A stretch of DNA of 64,000 nucleotides from Schmidtea nova (taxonomy: Eukaryota), in contig CM097882.1 in assembly GCA_044892505.1 (NCBI GenBank), forward strand, positions 451,918,001 through 451,982,000, written 5' to 3'. Positions 1 through 15,300 of this stretch are shown here, piece by piece (position 1 is the stretch's first letter; each line of letters opens with the position of its first letter). The notes under the pieces are model-generated. The model made no database searches, was not told the DNA's origin, and saw nothing but the letters and a program-made list of their open reading frames with translations. Position numbers and translations under genes: made by a program.

Positions 1-199
1 ATTAAATAAAATTATACTACGAATTCATGTAAAGTTTCAAGTCAGTCGAATATATGAAAGCGAATCAAAATTTGATTATAAAATTGTATCCTAATAACTA
101 AAAAACAATTGAAGTTAAATAAAAATTTATAATAAAATATATTTTTAAAACAAATTATTTTTTATAATAAATATAATATGAAATAACAATAAAAATTAC

Positions 200-292
200 C
201 TGAATGTAAAATGTCTGAACAGGATTAGAATCAAGTAAATAAGTGAAATTTCCCAGAGATGTTCCAATTTTATCAGTTTCATTGGACAAAGC
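200..292 (-). CDS. SUN-domain exon (ALSNETDKIGTSLGNFTYLLDSNPVQTFYIQ)
   Basis: Phase-0 AG/GT-bounded 93-nt exon that continues the SUN domain (LG-FTY-----Q-F motif). Confidence 0.85.
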
Positions 293-1780
293 CTTAATTC
301 ATAAAAAAATTATCAAAAAAGTTGAAAGACAAAATATTAAAATCCATTCATTTTCAGTGCATTTATTTCTAATATCGTAACGGTCCGGTCTGATCCTGGT
401 TACGCCAAAGCAACCATAGTAATATTATTTTAAATTCTTCCACACTTGTTCTTGCCAAGGTTACAGTGGAAATTCTTTTGACTTTTCAACATAATAAAGC
501 GTGAATATTCATTTGATAAAATGTTTGGTTGTACATATTTTTGGTTCAACATATAAGGCAGTTCTTTCCTCCAATAAACATGTTCGCTTGGTATGTAAAT
601 TACGGCATTAGAAAAATAAAATCTTCATTAAGTAACAAAAGAAATGATGGTTTGTGTTTTACGGCAATGTACGCATCTAATTGGCTACATTTTATTTGAT
701 TTAGGAAGCATTTCGATAAAATTTTAGTTTATATTTTAATTATACTCATGCATAATATTGTGTTTATATTAAGTCTGTCAAGTAAATGATAAAAGCCAAG
801 AAAAATACTACTATATACCGTACTGACTATAACGTAGGACTATGTGCAGTTCCACGCTGCAGCATTTGTTATACACTAAAACAGCTTTTGATAAATATGT
901 CAGTGCTTATCCATATCTTTTTAACAAAAGAGCAAGTATTATTGTTCCATTATATTATCAAATAATCTTCTAAAATATTGAAAGAAACAGTGTCAATTTT
1001 AGAAATGTTTTCAGAAAAATTGTTATATATACTATATGGTTACTCTCCAATATTTTCAAAGAGCCAATGATAGAGAAAAATCAGAGTTGCTTATCCTTTT
1101 ATCTTCATCATTGACCAGCAACTTTCATTTATTTTTCTTCATCTGTACAAGACTATAGATCAAATGTTTTAACTGTTTTTGATAACATAATTGAATGTGT
1201 TCTTGAACACTAGAAAACTTTTCCAAATTTTTCTTTAAATGAAAATTTATCGATTTTTAGTTTTGTTTATTAAATAACTAACAAAACTAAATAAATAACA
1301 CAACACAACAAATAATTATAAAGATAAATTGTCACATATATGTCCCGGTCCCAGTTCAATAACGTCGGAAATAAAAAATACCTGTAAATGGGATATGCTG
1401 AGAATAGTATGTTTATATGCTATCTAACGGTATTCCTCTTTGTAGGCGCGTCTGTTGGTTTGTTGATGTTTAGTTGTGTAGTTTAGGCTGTGAAGGACAG
1501 CAGTAAATAGTAATAAATTATTGTTTTACGTGCAAATAATATAATTTGCAAGATAGAAATAAGTTTATAATTAGTGAAAATTTGGTTAGCTGAAACCTGT
1601 TCATTTGATAAAGCTTAGGGAGTTCTACGTATTAAAAATGTTGGATTTTTTTGCTTTTTAATAATTATATTAAGTGCTAATTCGAAATAGAATGACTAAA
1701 AAACTGCTACTGTTTTTGATTCTTAAGGTTCGTTTATTACGTTTGGGTATTATTTTGTGGGAAAAACAATAGTGACTTAC

Positions 1781-1854
<74 letters not shown>

Positions 1855-4800
1855 GGTCTCGTTAAAAAGTATATATTAAAGACACATAATAATGTTAATG
1901 GTTTCGATACCAGGGCTTTTCAAATGGGATCATGGGCCGAAAAATGGGAAAATTCAATCCAAAAAACCGAATAATAAATTTGTATTTTTTTGGACAATTT
2001 TCGATATTTAAATATACAAAGTATTTGTCAAATTTATGAATAAAAGAACAAATCAAACTAAAATTCCTTTATCAACATATTTTATTTAATGACATTCAAA
2101 AAACGAAATATTTCGTACAGTGCTGCTTCAAAAAAAGATTTTTTTTAAATACATGAATAATGATTTGAAAAAGATCTTAGAAAAAAATAAGTCATTTTGA
2201 AGTAACTGGAAAGAGCACTGGTAATTTAAACAATATATTTATTGCTCTTCAACAATCCTACTTTCACACATTGAGGCTGATATTGTATTCTTACCTAATG
2301 ATCTCTCCTTTAGAAAAATAAAATCTTCATTAAGTAAAAAAACCAATGATAGTTCGTTTTTTTTACTTTGGGAGAAAATAGGATTAAATTTTAATTACAT
2401 GAGTTTTTATATAATAATTCAAAATTAATATTTTTAATGAAAAACGGCACTCATAAGATATATTTCGTTAGACTCCCTGTCATTTTCAGGTAAATTCCAT
2501 AAAAATAACATTTTTTATTTAGCTTTTAGATAAAATAATAAAAGACATTGCATTACTGTTTCGTGTGAATATGAAAACGAAAGGTCTTAACGATAAATAC
2601 TGCATTCAAAACAATTCAGAAGATATCAGCATAAGTGGCTCGATTGCAGAGCCACTGATAACAGATTGCCTTGGCCAAGAGTCTTACGTGTAGATAATTA
2701 GTGCACACTTGTACCTCATTCAAGTTTTATACCAGACTAACACAAGATGGTTTGAAGCTTCAAGAAGAAATTGTAATAAGTAGTTTTATATGTGCAGAGT
2801 GAGATGTTGGGCTGTGTGTACCAAACTATTTTAAAGTGTTTCATAGTCAAAGAAATATCTAAATAATAAAATATAATCAAAAGTTATAACTTCGAAATTA
2901 TATTTTTCTTAAAAAATACGCCTTAAATAATTTTCCAATCCCGGGAAATTAAAATCACAATTTGGCAATCATTTTGCGGAGAAATCATTCAAGTCAGTAA
3001 TGAAAATTGCACAATTATTACTCGAGATGTCACAAAATAACTAACAAAATCACTTGTCTACTTTACTTTTGATATTTTTTCGATTTTAATTATTTTAAAT
3101 TTTTCAAACAATAAATCAAAAAATTTCTTTTAATTCAGCAGAAAAATTATTTTTTTGTTCTATTGTGTTAAAGATTGAATAGATTTACAAAAAAAGTAAA
3201 TTTGAATGAAACTTACTTTAATCTCAAAATTTTGAATAGCTGAATCTATAGATCCACTTGGTGAAATAGATTTAGGAATGTGATCAATGGATACTGAGGC
3301 GACCTGGATTTGTGCTGATAATTGTACAACAACTGCCCCTCTGCTACCCCTCATAGGCCAGCATTCTCCTGGGTAAAAGCTAGGCTGGATTATGGTTCTT
3401 AATAGAAGCAACAAACAATAATATCAATAGGAAAAAATGAATTATGAAACCTAGGAGAATTAGTTAATCTCATTAATGGAATGCCGAAAATTGTAATTGT
3501 TGATGCCCGATCAGTGTATGTTTCCGTACATCTTGTCGTTGCAATTGTTCCACCAGCCGATTCTAATGCAAAATCTGGCATGCCTATTTGATCGGCAGCA
3601 AACAAATTTAACGCATCCTTTACCAATTGTCGAACTTGGTGCACACGCACGCACATCATGGAGCTTCTTGAGCAAGAATTCGACAAACCCCGATTGCATG
3701 ACTTTTCACTGTGTCTTAGGTAAAGATTGGATGCTGAAATGAACTGATTTAAATATTGAACTAACATTTTAATGTTAATTGTGCTTTAATTAAATATATT
3801 GCTGTTCAATATTTAATGACGATCTATGAGTAACAATTTATGAATTAAGAAGAAAAAATCCAAATCTGTCTATGTCAATAAAATTAGAAGTCAACTAAAG
3901 TAAAAAGTTAATAGAAAGATATTGCAGATTCAACGTGAATGCGTTATCAGGTAGGGAACAACGTTACTCGCGTGGCTAACGGCAAATAATACATATAATT
4001 ACAGCGAAGAAAACCTATCGGAAATTTCTAAATATCATAGCGATTATATTCATGGATTATCTCGAACAACAAACACTGATAACCATAAATACCATTGGTA
4101 TATACACAAGATGTGTAGACGATATATTTATCACGACAAATAGCAAAATGGAAGCAGAAGAAATATTTCGTATTTTCAATGCGGCATACAATGACATAAA
4201 ATTTGAGATTGAATACCCGAAAGAAAACGGATCCCTCGAACTATTGGATCTGAGAATAAAATCAACTCAGACACACCAGCATATGGGTTCTACAGAAAAT
4301 CAGCCCGCAAAGAAATATTTATGCACCAAAGATTAGCACTTCCTCATCTGCAGAAGGTAAACGTCATTAGAAATGAGAGACAAATGATAGCTAATCGATG
4401 CACAAAGGAAGAGGACAATTCAGCACAACAAACAATATTTACTGATGTCCTGCATCGTAATTGATACCATAATATTAACGAGATTAACAAAATAAAATTC
4501 AACCAAAGAAAGTAGAAAGACCTACAAAATGAAAAACAATATTTCTACCTTCGAATTCCTTTTATCAATGACCGAATAAATTTCATGATCATCAAAGAAC
4601 TTAATCTCACTGGTCTTCCGATTAGTTTGGCACATAGATCTTAGACATTGAGGCAAGCCCTGGCTAACAACACGAGAAAGGAAAATACATGTAAGATGGA
4701 AAATTGCCAAACACCAAAGAAAATATGCTTTCGCAAGAACATTGTCTATAGTATCATGTGTAATAAATGCGAAGAAATTTACATCGGAAGCACCCTTCGG

Positions 4801-7800
4801 ACTTTGCATCAGAGAATTAAAGAACATCTTGATCCTGGTGAAAAGTCATCTGTATATAGACATCTTCACCAATGTCAGACAGAAAATAAGGAAAAATTAA
4901 TATCAGTGAGAATATTGACAAACGAAAACGACGAAAAAAAATCTGAGACTTAAAGAAGCTATTATCATTAGAGACAAACACCAAAAATTAACTCTAAAGA
5001 GGAAGTTAGCGAAATCACAACTTACTATCTTGTTAAAAACATGTTGTTCTACAAAGAAGAAAGTAAAAAAAGGAAGAGGAAGAAGAAAAAAGGTGGAAGA
5101 AGAGATAGTATAGAGAATTTATATGCATTTCAAAAAGATATAAATAAATTTTTTTAAAAATTCAAAATGGTTGGAAATTTGAAATGTAAAATACAAACAA
5201 TAAAATTAAAAATTTTTAATTTTAAAAAAGGATAAAATTATTTATTCTAAAAAGAAATTAAAATATTTTAAAAATTTTATAATTTATAATTTTTAATTTT
5301 TAACAAAAAACAATTAAAAATTATAAATTTATATTAATCAGATTAACATCCAATGAAAAGGAAAATAATTCACGAGAAAGAAACAGCAGAATGAATGAAG
5401 ATACCACTTATTTGCCGAATTAGAGATTGACGAGGATTATTTTATAATCGAAAATTTTCTCACTTAATAAAATTATTTTTGCAGCAAAGGCTTATTTTGT
5501 TACTTATTTATTAATTTATTATATATTCTGTTTACAGCTTCATTGAAATATTATGAAAATATTGTTTGGGGTTGCACAAAAATGTACAAATAAAAATGCC
5601 AAATTCAAAGGCAAAGGCAAAGCATATAAAACTTAAAAATTTTGCAAGGGGAAAATAGGTTTAAAAAGTAGCAAATAAAAAGTTAAAGATTAATTTAATA
5701 ATTAAAATTTGTTTGGTGTTTCCAGGTAAAGGTATTTCAAAAACAAAAATTAATTAACTATCTAATTAATTATGCAAAGAAATCAACGATAATTCCCTGT
5801 ATAAAGCGATATTGCCAATTGAAACTGGCACAGTTGTAGTCTGACAAATTGAGGTTCAGTTGCATAATTAAAATCTTTTTAAAGTTTGATAACCAATTTT
5901 GATCAATAATTACAGTTCTCAGAAACCACTGCTGGCAGTATCAGTAGTCGAGTAAATCCGATTTATTTTAAGGATTAAACATATACAAAACACTATAAAA
6001 GAAAAGGCCAAAATAAAACAAGAGCCAGAGAAAAAATGGCAAGTCAAGAAATCCAACAAAATGAGAATTATATAAGGCAGCAAAAAGTAAAATGAGAATT
6101 TGAACAAAATTATAAATAAATTTAAATAATAATTGCCAATATTACTTCAATTAAACCTAACAACCAAAAGAAATTTTGATATAGTCATACAATTATTAAT
6201 ATGAAAATGATTGATTTTAAAAATTTATTAGTATTTATATAATAAACACGTTGCCTTGGATTTAATACAATACATAATTTAATAAATAAAAACTTAGTTA
6301 TTTTCGAAATTTTTAATTATATTTTCTAGTTTTTAAACACTGAAAAAAAATAATTTTTTTAAATTTCATACAATAGTAAACTACCTTTATTTTGTTCAAC
6401 TTTCATGTCTATAGACTTCATTAAATTATTCACATGATCTGTGAGATTCTGCCACAAGTTTGTATTGATTTCATCTTTTACATCCAATTTGAGATTTTCG
6501 AAATGAGAGTGCACTAATTTGTCTACAAAATCCTTATCCGATAATTTCGATTGATTTTCGTTTATGTTCATCTCTAACATTGACATTTGTTCATTAAATT
6601 TTGTAATAACTTTTAGTTGAGATTCTGACAACTGGTTCATTTTTTCGCTGACCTCGTACATAATTTCTTAATATTATAAAAAAATTTAGAAATTCATTGG
6701 TTATAAAAATATAAATAAACAAGAAACTTATAAGATAAAATGTCTTATTTATTAAATAAGCACAAAATTCAAGTTGGATTAAAGAATTGAAATAAAATCC
6801 ACATTCATTAAAAACGTAAACAGAAAATAAAATGGGAATACCTTTCTTTAAATTTACCAACTGTATTTCCATTCTTTCATTAAAATGCGTATTTGTTTCT
6901 GTTTTGTTATCAAGTTCAGTGACTGCGCTTTTAACACCGCTTAGGTCTATCCTGAACTCCTCTATCAGGAGTTCCAGTCTTTTCATTGATTCAGAATTTG
7001 ATAACGAACTCTCTTTAAAGGTTCTTATCTAGTTTATATAGGAATAAGAAATTAATAAACATTTATAGAAATAAGAAATATTATTAATATTTGTAAAATG
7101 TAAAATATTTCGCTGTGTTTACGGAAATCACTTTCATAGTAATCTTGATATCATCATGGCATTGTTTTACAACTACAAAATCGACTATAGTAAAAAATAT
7201 GGAATGCAGAGATTTTAGTTCTCTAGTTTTAGTAAGAAAATATAATTTTAAAAATTAAGCCTTCATCAGTTTTATACGTCTGGAATCTTGGATGTGCTCA
7301 ATTATTGGCTAGTGAAGGTCAAAGCACTGTGAGGTTATGTATATCCATTTAGAATAGGGTTATAAAGTATCAATGTGGATATCATTTTAGATTTGATTCT
7401 GTCAATTTATCAGGGAAGTATTTATTTATTATTTTTTTCTTTTGCATTTAATAAGCATATCCTGTTAATTTTTTCGAGCCAACATAGTAAAGTAACAAAA
7501 TAAATCTGTAAAAATATTAATAAATAATTTCAAATTTATGTTTGATTTGCAAAATTTCTGAGATAAAACTAAAAGAAGCTCGACATAAAATATCGTACAT
7601 GAGTCTTGAAGGAATCAAATGTAACAATAACTATAAGTCCGAATGTAAAATAAATTTATGTTTTTCATTAATCTTTCATTAATAATAGGTGTGCAGAATG
7701 TGTGAAATTAAAAAATATATTATATCATATACAGTAATCCCTCGATCTGTGTGCTAGTTACGTACTGAAACAACAGCGTGCAAACCGAAACCGCGCACTG

Positions 7801-10800
7801 TGAACCCACTATATTTTATGTGTATATTGTACGAAAAAAGAGAATAGGGTTATAAAGTATCAATGTGGATATCATTTTAGATTTGATTCTGTCAATTTAT
7901 CAGGGAAGTATTTATTTATTATTTTTTTCTTTTGCATTTAATAAGCATATCCTGTTAATTTTTTCGAGCCAACATAGTAAAGTAACAAAATAAATCTGTA
8001 AAAATATTAATAAATAATTTCAAATTTATGTTTGATTTGCAAAATTTCTGAGATAAAACTAAAAGAAGCTCGACATAAAATATCGTACATGAGTCTTGAA
8101 GGAATCAAATGTAACAATAACTATAAGTCCGAATGTAAAATAAATTTATGTTTTTCATTAATCTTTCATTAATAATAGGTGTGCAGAATGTGTGAAATTA
8201 AAAAATATATTATATCATATACAGTAATCCCTCGATCTGTGTGCTAGTTACGTACTGAAACAACAGCGTGCAAACCGAAACCGCGCACTGTGAACCCACT
8301 ATATTTTATGTGTATATTGTACGAAAAAAGAGAAATAAATAAGCACAATGCGAAATTTTAGTGGTAAAAACAAAATCGCACAGTTCAAGAGATTACAGTT
8401 CAAGAGANNNNNNNNNNNNNNNNNNNNNNNNNNNNNNNNNNNNNNNNNNNNNNNNNNNNNNNNNNNNNNNNNNNNNNNNNNNNNNNNNNNNNNNNNNNNN
8501 NNNNNNNNNNNNNNNNNNNNNNNNNNNNNNNNNNNNNNNNNNNNNNNNNNNNNNNNNNNNNNNNNNNNNNNNNNNNNNNNNNNNNNNNNNNNNNNNNNNN
8601 NNNNNNNNNNNNNNNNNNNNNNNNNNNNNNNNNNNNNNNNNNNNNNNNNNNNNNNNNNNNNNNNNNNNNNNNNNNNNNNNNNNNNNNNNNNNNNNNNNNN
8701 NNNNNNNNNNNNNNNNNNNNNNNNNNNNNNNNNNNNNNNNNNNNNNNTGCTTTTGATCATAACTAAAAATAAAATATAAAAACGTGATTTCATCAATAAA
8801 ATATTTAAACGATATTGAAAAGAAAGTATTTTATTTAATCAAATTAACTTACCAGATCCTCTAAAGTCTGTATATGGTTAATCAACTTTTGTTTTGACAT
8901 ATATAGTTCAGTATATTTTAAATTAAGATCATTTATTTGGTTTTCGGTTAAATTTTCTACGGTATTTCCAGTTTTTGATTGAGCTAATTTCAAATTTCCC
9001 AATTCTCCTTTCAAGTTTAATATCTGGCTTTCCATGTCCCTATAAATTGTCAAATATTAAAATATTTCTTATAAAATTATAAACTATATAGGTAATTTTG
9101 CTATAAGCTAAAGTCACCAATGCCATAAAAGTATGATGTTTAAAATAATATTTATATCTAACAACTTTAATGTAGTTCACTATGGCTGTAGCAATTGGTC
9201 CGTCTGTTTATTTAGGAAAGTCCGCATTTGCTAACATCTTTTTGGTGCGTTTAGAAGTCATTATATTGAGACTCATATATTTATTGTAGATGAGAGACGT
9301 CGAAATAATATGAATATTGATGGCAGTTGTAGTGAAGAAGTGATTCGTCAAAATCAACACGGAATAAAAGTGTACAACAACAAATGTGTACAGTGATAAT
9401 TAATGATATTTATTTATAGATTTTAAATATGAAATAATTTTTGAAATTTGAAGTAACACAATTGCAATCCATCTGATGCATTCGCGTGAAATGAAAATGG
9501 AAAATATTAACGCAGCAAATAAAGTTTAGAATCTTAGTCAATGTATAATAGGATGTCCCAGAAAAAATTTTGTTGTTGAATATTTTAAGTGTCATCAGTC
9601 CAAAAGTTTCTCTGAGGCTCGCCAATATCACTGAAAAAATCAGATTTTTGGAATAAATTTAGAAGTTCCCCAAAGCTTATGAAGAAACAAAAACTCATAC
9701 GGCATTATATCGTGGATCGCATTAACTTATGATTCTTCCAAATGCCATTACAAAGTTACATCCTTCACAGTTTCTTTCGGACAACTTGGATCGATGATGA
9801 TTTTTTGACAGACCAATTGAACTGTGTCCATCGACAAAGTTATACATGGATGTTCTAGTTTACATCAATGACTGTGCAGAGAGAGAGAGAGAGAGAGAGA
9901 GAGATGTTGCTCTGATTCATACATTCAATGTCTCAAGGAATGATGAAGAGCAGAGATAATACATACTTCAAGTTGTGGAGAAATACAAAACAGACTATCT
10001 TTAGCATATTTAGAAATGTTCAAACTGACTTGGATCAAACACTTGCTTACAAATGTCTGTAAACTGTAATAAAATGCTTGTAATAAAATACGAATTAATG
10101 CTTTTAAATAATGAACATGGCATTTGTTGAAATATAGTATTTTGACTTAAGTCAACAAATGTTTTTTTTTCTTGTGTATTTTGTAAGAAGTTGATCCTTA
10201 TCCCATATGATCCTAAGAGCACAATAGTGCATTTTAGAAACTAGAATTAAAGGACTATTTATTAGTTGCAAAATTTTAAAAACATACACATATGACATAA
10301 GTAACTGCAGAAAAGTAATTTTTCGTAAATATTTTGGTCCTCGTAACTAAAGTTTTGACCCCTTTGGGTGACTTCGGAAGTTTATTTAAATAATTTGTTA
10401 TATTTTATTTAATAGTTTGATTTATAAAAACTTTATGGATGGTGAGACATGAAATTTTTGGAAAAGTTATATAGCAAAAAAGGAGGCAAATTTTTTCCCA
10501 ATGTACCACCAAACTTTGGCAACTGAGACTTGTCCCATTTGTCGTAGGAAGCTTGCTTCAAATTAGTACCTTCGGCGGTCATTCGGTCACCACGTCAGTA
10601 TAGAAATAAATCATGTGGCTATCCCTGGCGCCACGTAAAAATTTCTAATGGTCCTCCACATCCAAATGTTTGCGGCGAACTGAATTAGAATACTTATAAC
10701 TTTTTAGTTAAATAGGAAAAATACAACAATTCCTCTAGTTACAAGGTACTTGAGTTATACTGTTAATTTTGCGACAATTCAGAGTTTCTACTTATACAGA

Positions 10801-12311
10801 AACAATTAACTGGGTAACTCGAAGGTTACTTATAGTTGTCTTTAGATTTTACTAGTAAATATTATTTTATTACTGGATGTAAAGATAACCATGAAACACT
10901 ATTTTGACATTTTTTGGCTTAATATTTTGATAATGAGTGTATTTATTACACACTAGGACGGAAGCCCGTAAAAACTGACGGATGAGAATATAAACAACTT
11001 AGGTAATTTTAATATGCAATAACTTTTATCTAAAAATAATTCGATTTTTATAAGCATTTCAAACACCTTTTAATTAAAAAAAAGTTTTTAATTAATCTAC
11101 TGATTAATTTTAAGTAATAGATTTGAATAAATTACGTGTTTTTATTTTTTATATAAAAATACAGTAATAAAAGTAATTACAGTAATTACAGCAGTGGTTC
11201 TCAAACTTTTTGAAGTCGGGGAACACTAAACTCTGATACATTTTTAGGCGGAACATCTACAATACAAAAACTTTAAAACAGGGGGCACGGGTAGTAAACC
11301 TTTTTAAAATCAAAAGAGCAATAAAAAATTAGAATAATATTAGCAAAAACACTCCATTATGTTTGTATTAATACAAAGCCGAATGCTACGTATAAATTTT
11401 ATATTGAATTGATTTTTATTTGCGAACAACTTTTAATTGAATTGTACATTTGATTTTTTCGCGGAACACTTGAAAGTGATCGCCGGAACACCAGTGTTCC
11501 GAGGAACACGCTTTGAGAACCACTGAATTACAGTATTAAACTTACAAAAATGATAATTGTTTATTAAAATTATTTACGCTTATCATTATTATAAATGTGC
11601 TGGAAATGAAATTATAAAGCAAGTTCAAAAACCTGAGTGCGGAAATTATACTCTCAATATTAAATTAATATTTCTTACTTTTGCATTTCTGAAATTTTCA
11701 TTGCTACTGATTGATGTGAACTTGATTCGATTTGCAAATCAGATTCCAACCGGTTCAGTTTTTCGTCATAATTAGCCATTTTCTGATCTTGTTTTGTCAT
11801 TATATTTCTAAAAGTTTCCAGAATCCCTTCTAAGTTGGAAAGATTGCCTAAAAAAGAATTCAGTATTGATTATTTGATAAATATTTTTGATATTAAACAA
11901 CCAAAATCACGAGATTATTTACAAGTTTCGGATACACAAAATGAAAGCCGAATGTCATTGTACAATTTATTTACATTTAATTCGCATTAATTGTATATAA
12001 ATTTACATTCGAAACCTTTAACTCAATCAAGATTTCAAATTACATGAGCAAATTGGTATCATCTGAAGATCAAAGTGCAATCTGGTCAGCCTTAGATATT
12101 AAGGAGTGTCAAATACTATGATAACATTTGTAAATGTTAGTATAAAACAAAATAATATTGATAATATAAGTGATATAATGCAATGACTTTAAAAGATCAT
12201 TTATTTTCATTTTTAGACAATAGATCGAATTTTTTATTTTCTCCTTATACAGCACAAATTTTGATCAATTATCTAAAAAATAAAAAAGCAAAAAAAAGTT
12301 AGAATTCTGAC

Positions 12312-12360
<49 letters not shown>

Positions 12361-15300
12361 ACTTTCACATTTTCGTTGACATTTTTCATAGAATCAGTTT
12401 TTAAAATATTAGTCAATGTGCTGACAAAAAAAAAATAAACCGACTATGCCTCTAAAGAAAGAATAGGACATTGCCTATCCCTCATATGCCTATGTGATGA
12501 GTTGTTAAGCAGCCTTGTCGAAGTCTATATAAATCTCATATGAAATAATACAAAATAGTAGTAATATGAAATTCACAACGACAACTGATAATGCTGCCAT
12601 TCAATTCAATAGCAAAAACAGCAACTCAATCAAACACAAAACATATTAATTCAGACCCCTGTTAAAATAACTATATTATCTCAAATCGTAACGGATGACA
12701 TTTGAACAATTATTCATTCTCTTCGCTAAATTATCAAATCAGTTAAGCAATAAAAAACTTTAAATAAATATTTTTTATATTACTTTTATAAAAAATTATT
12801 TTTGTTAAATTATTTTTTTTTCTTTGAAAAATTTAATTTCTAAATGATTTTGATTTGCTGAGGTTTTATTAAATGGGACTAGTGTAAATATTGCTTTTTG
12901 TGTAAATTATGAATGAATTATAATTTAAAATTTTAATGTCGGTTTTTGAAACCAACTATCCTGTTAACTGGGTCTGATTATTTACTTTCTAAATCTTCAA
13001 AAAATTGAATTATAAAAGAATTATACAACTTTATAGATGTTTTAGAATAAACTTAATGATTGATTTTTGCTAGTAGAAAATGCTTTGGTGAAAATTTGTG
13101 CTAAAAATCATATGATTCGACCTCAGAAATTGGAATGCTATTGATTTTTATTGCAGCACGTAGAACAGTTGGGGAATTTGGCGGCGGTTTCCAGAATATC
13201 GCGGAAGGACGACTCGCACGATATTAAACAGTTAACTGCGTTTGACGTGTATACACGTTAATTCAAAACTCTATCTCAGTGCGTTCGGCGTGTATACACG
13301 CCATGCAAAATAAAAAATTACCCTTTACTACAAATACCCAAATTTCCGTAAAAAGTAATAAAGTAATAAGGTGACACATATAAAAATTAGTTGAAATAAT
13401 TTATTATTACTAAATTTTACACTCTAGATGAGTGATATAGAAAGCGATGATGGCGAAGTTTTACACATTAGAAAGCGAAGAAATGTGTTGAGCATATCTT
13501 CTGATGAAAGCAAGAGTATTGATAACAGTGCAAGTGAATTTGAAGACGATTTTTGTAGTGACAATTAATCAGAGGAAGATGAAAATAAAAGTTTTGGATG
13601 GGTTACTCAGAATGATTTTAGAGCACCATTCGATTTTTTAGGAAATCCTGGTCAACAATTTGATGTGCCTCACACACCAAAAAGCAAATTTCTATTTTAT
13701 CTTGATAAATATTTAAAAAATGAATTTCTGTGTATAATTGTGGAACAAATAAATGTCATCGTTTTTTTTATTTTTACTTTAAAATTTATAATAAAACCAT
13801 TCGCCTTGCATTTGTTGTGTATACCCGTCACTGCTTAATTTTAAATACGCACTGTGTGAAGGTTTTTTTTTAAATAAAGTGCGCTGTTAACTAAAAAGTA
13901 ATAGGAAGAAAGCACCAACACGTAGGACCAATTAAGGTGAATTGGTAAATTGTTACTTTCTATAGTTGATAATGTCTATGAAAATAAAATGAATTGTTGG
14001 GAATCATCATTAAACTCGCACTTAGCTTCAAAATTTCCATTATATTTGGGATCTAGGAAAGGACGCTAAGTTAATGGACGATAAAAAAATAAAAATAAGT
14101 TTGAAAATTCTTGTTCTTTTACATAACTTTGGAAAGTAATACTGCTTTTAAAGAAATATATATATTATAAATTCAACTAAATAATACTTGTATGTTTTAA
14201 AGATTCTGTTGTGTTAAAATTATCGCTATTTGGCATAATCATTCGTGCTGGTAAAGAAAACAGGCAAAACGCAAACCGGCGAATTTGTTCCCAATTATTT
14301 TTGCAGCAATTATTGTTCTCCATGCAATCGTTTCCGACAAATCGATAGAAATGCTTTGATAAATCCTTGTCAAAATCGAATGAGTATTTGGTCTCCGTGG
14401 TCTGGTTGGTGCGGTCACCAAGAAATAAGTGCAACAAACCTATCACGATGACGGCAAGAAAAAGCAGCCATAAAATACTGCAAAGAATATCGAATAAAGA
14501 ATATCTGTTACGATTATTCAAATTTAATCGACGTCTAATTGTTGTGCCAAATAATCTAAAAAATAAATATAAATTAAATATAAAATAAATTACTTAAGGA
14601 TTTATTTGATATTATCACTCATTTTTTTATTATTATAAGGGACCTTTCATTTAAAAGAGTTAATTTTTGAATTTAATTTTATTATCTGTTATATTTTAAT
14701 AACAAATAATTTGGTCAGAAGAAATCATAAACAATTAATTGACATAAAATAAAACTTTAATAAAGTTATAATAAATATTTAATAATTACAATTACAATTT
14801 ACATTTTTTTTATTTACATTTAATCTATTTTTCTGCTATTCCAGAAATTTTAATTTGATTACATAAAGTCTAGATTAAAATTATTTTTATAGTACACGAA
14901 ATATTGACAGTATTTTGTGTATAATTCATTTAATGCGTTTAATTTTGATCTATAGTCATTATGTAAACAAATTATATTTCCTGAAATAATTTATACTATA
15001 AAATAAAAAATGAATGTGTCAATTTGTCTGTCACAAGAATTTCTCCCAAATGATGAGCAGTGGCGACGCGACATTTACACGTGTTATTCTTGCTGTCATT
15101 TATAGAGATCAACTGCTATATTCAACTTTTAACATGATTATTAATTGGTAGATCACATTATGTGAATGCTACCTAAGGTACGGTCTACGGTGATATTTTC
15201 ATTAATACTTCAAACTTTCAATATTATTAATAACTGATTAATTGATGGATTATATTTTATGGGTGACCCTTAATGTAAGGTCGATGTTGATGTTTTGTAC

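Noticed and set aside
5385-5430. Possible decayed hammerhead downstream of the first Penelope fragment
   Set aside because: Core and stems too degenerate to support.
7351-8330. 490-bp tandem duplication as a biological feature
   Set aside because: Perfect identity right beside a contig gap; most likely an assembly artefact.
8299-8796. ORFs of 131-165 aa
   Set aside because: Artefacts of translating the N-gap (also 54480-54731).
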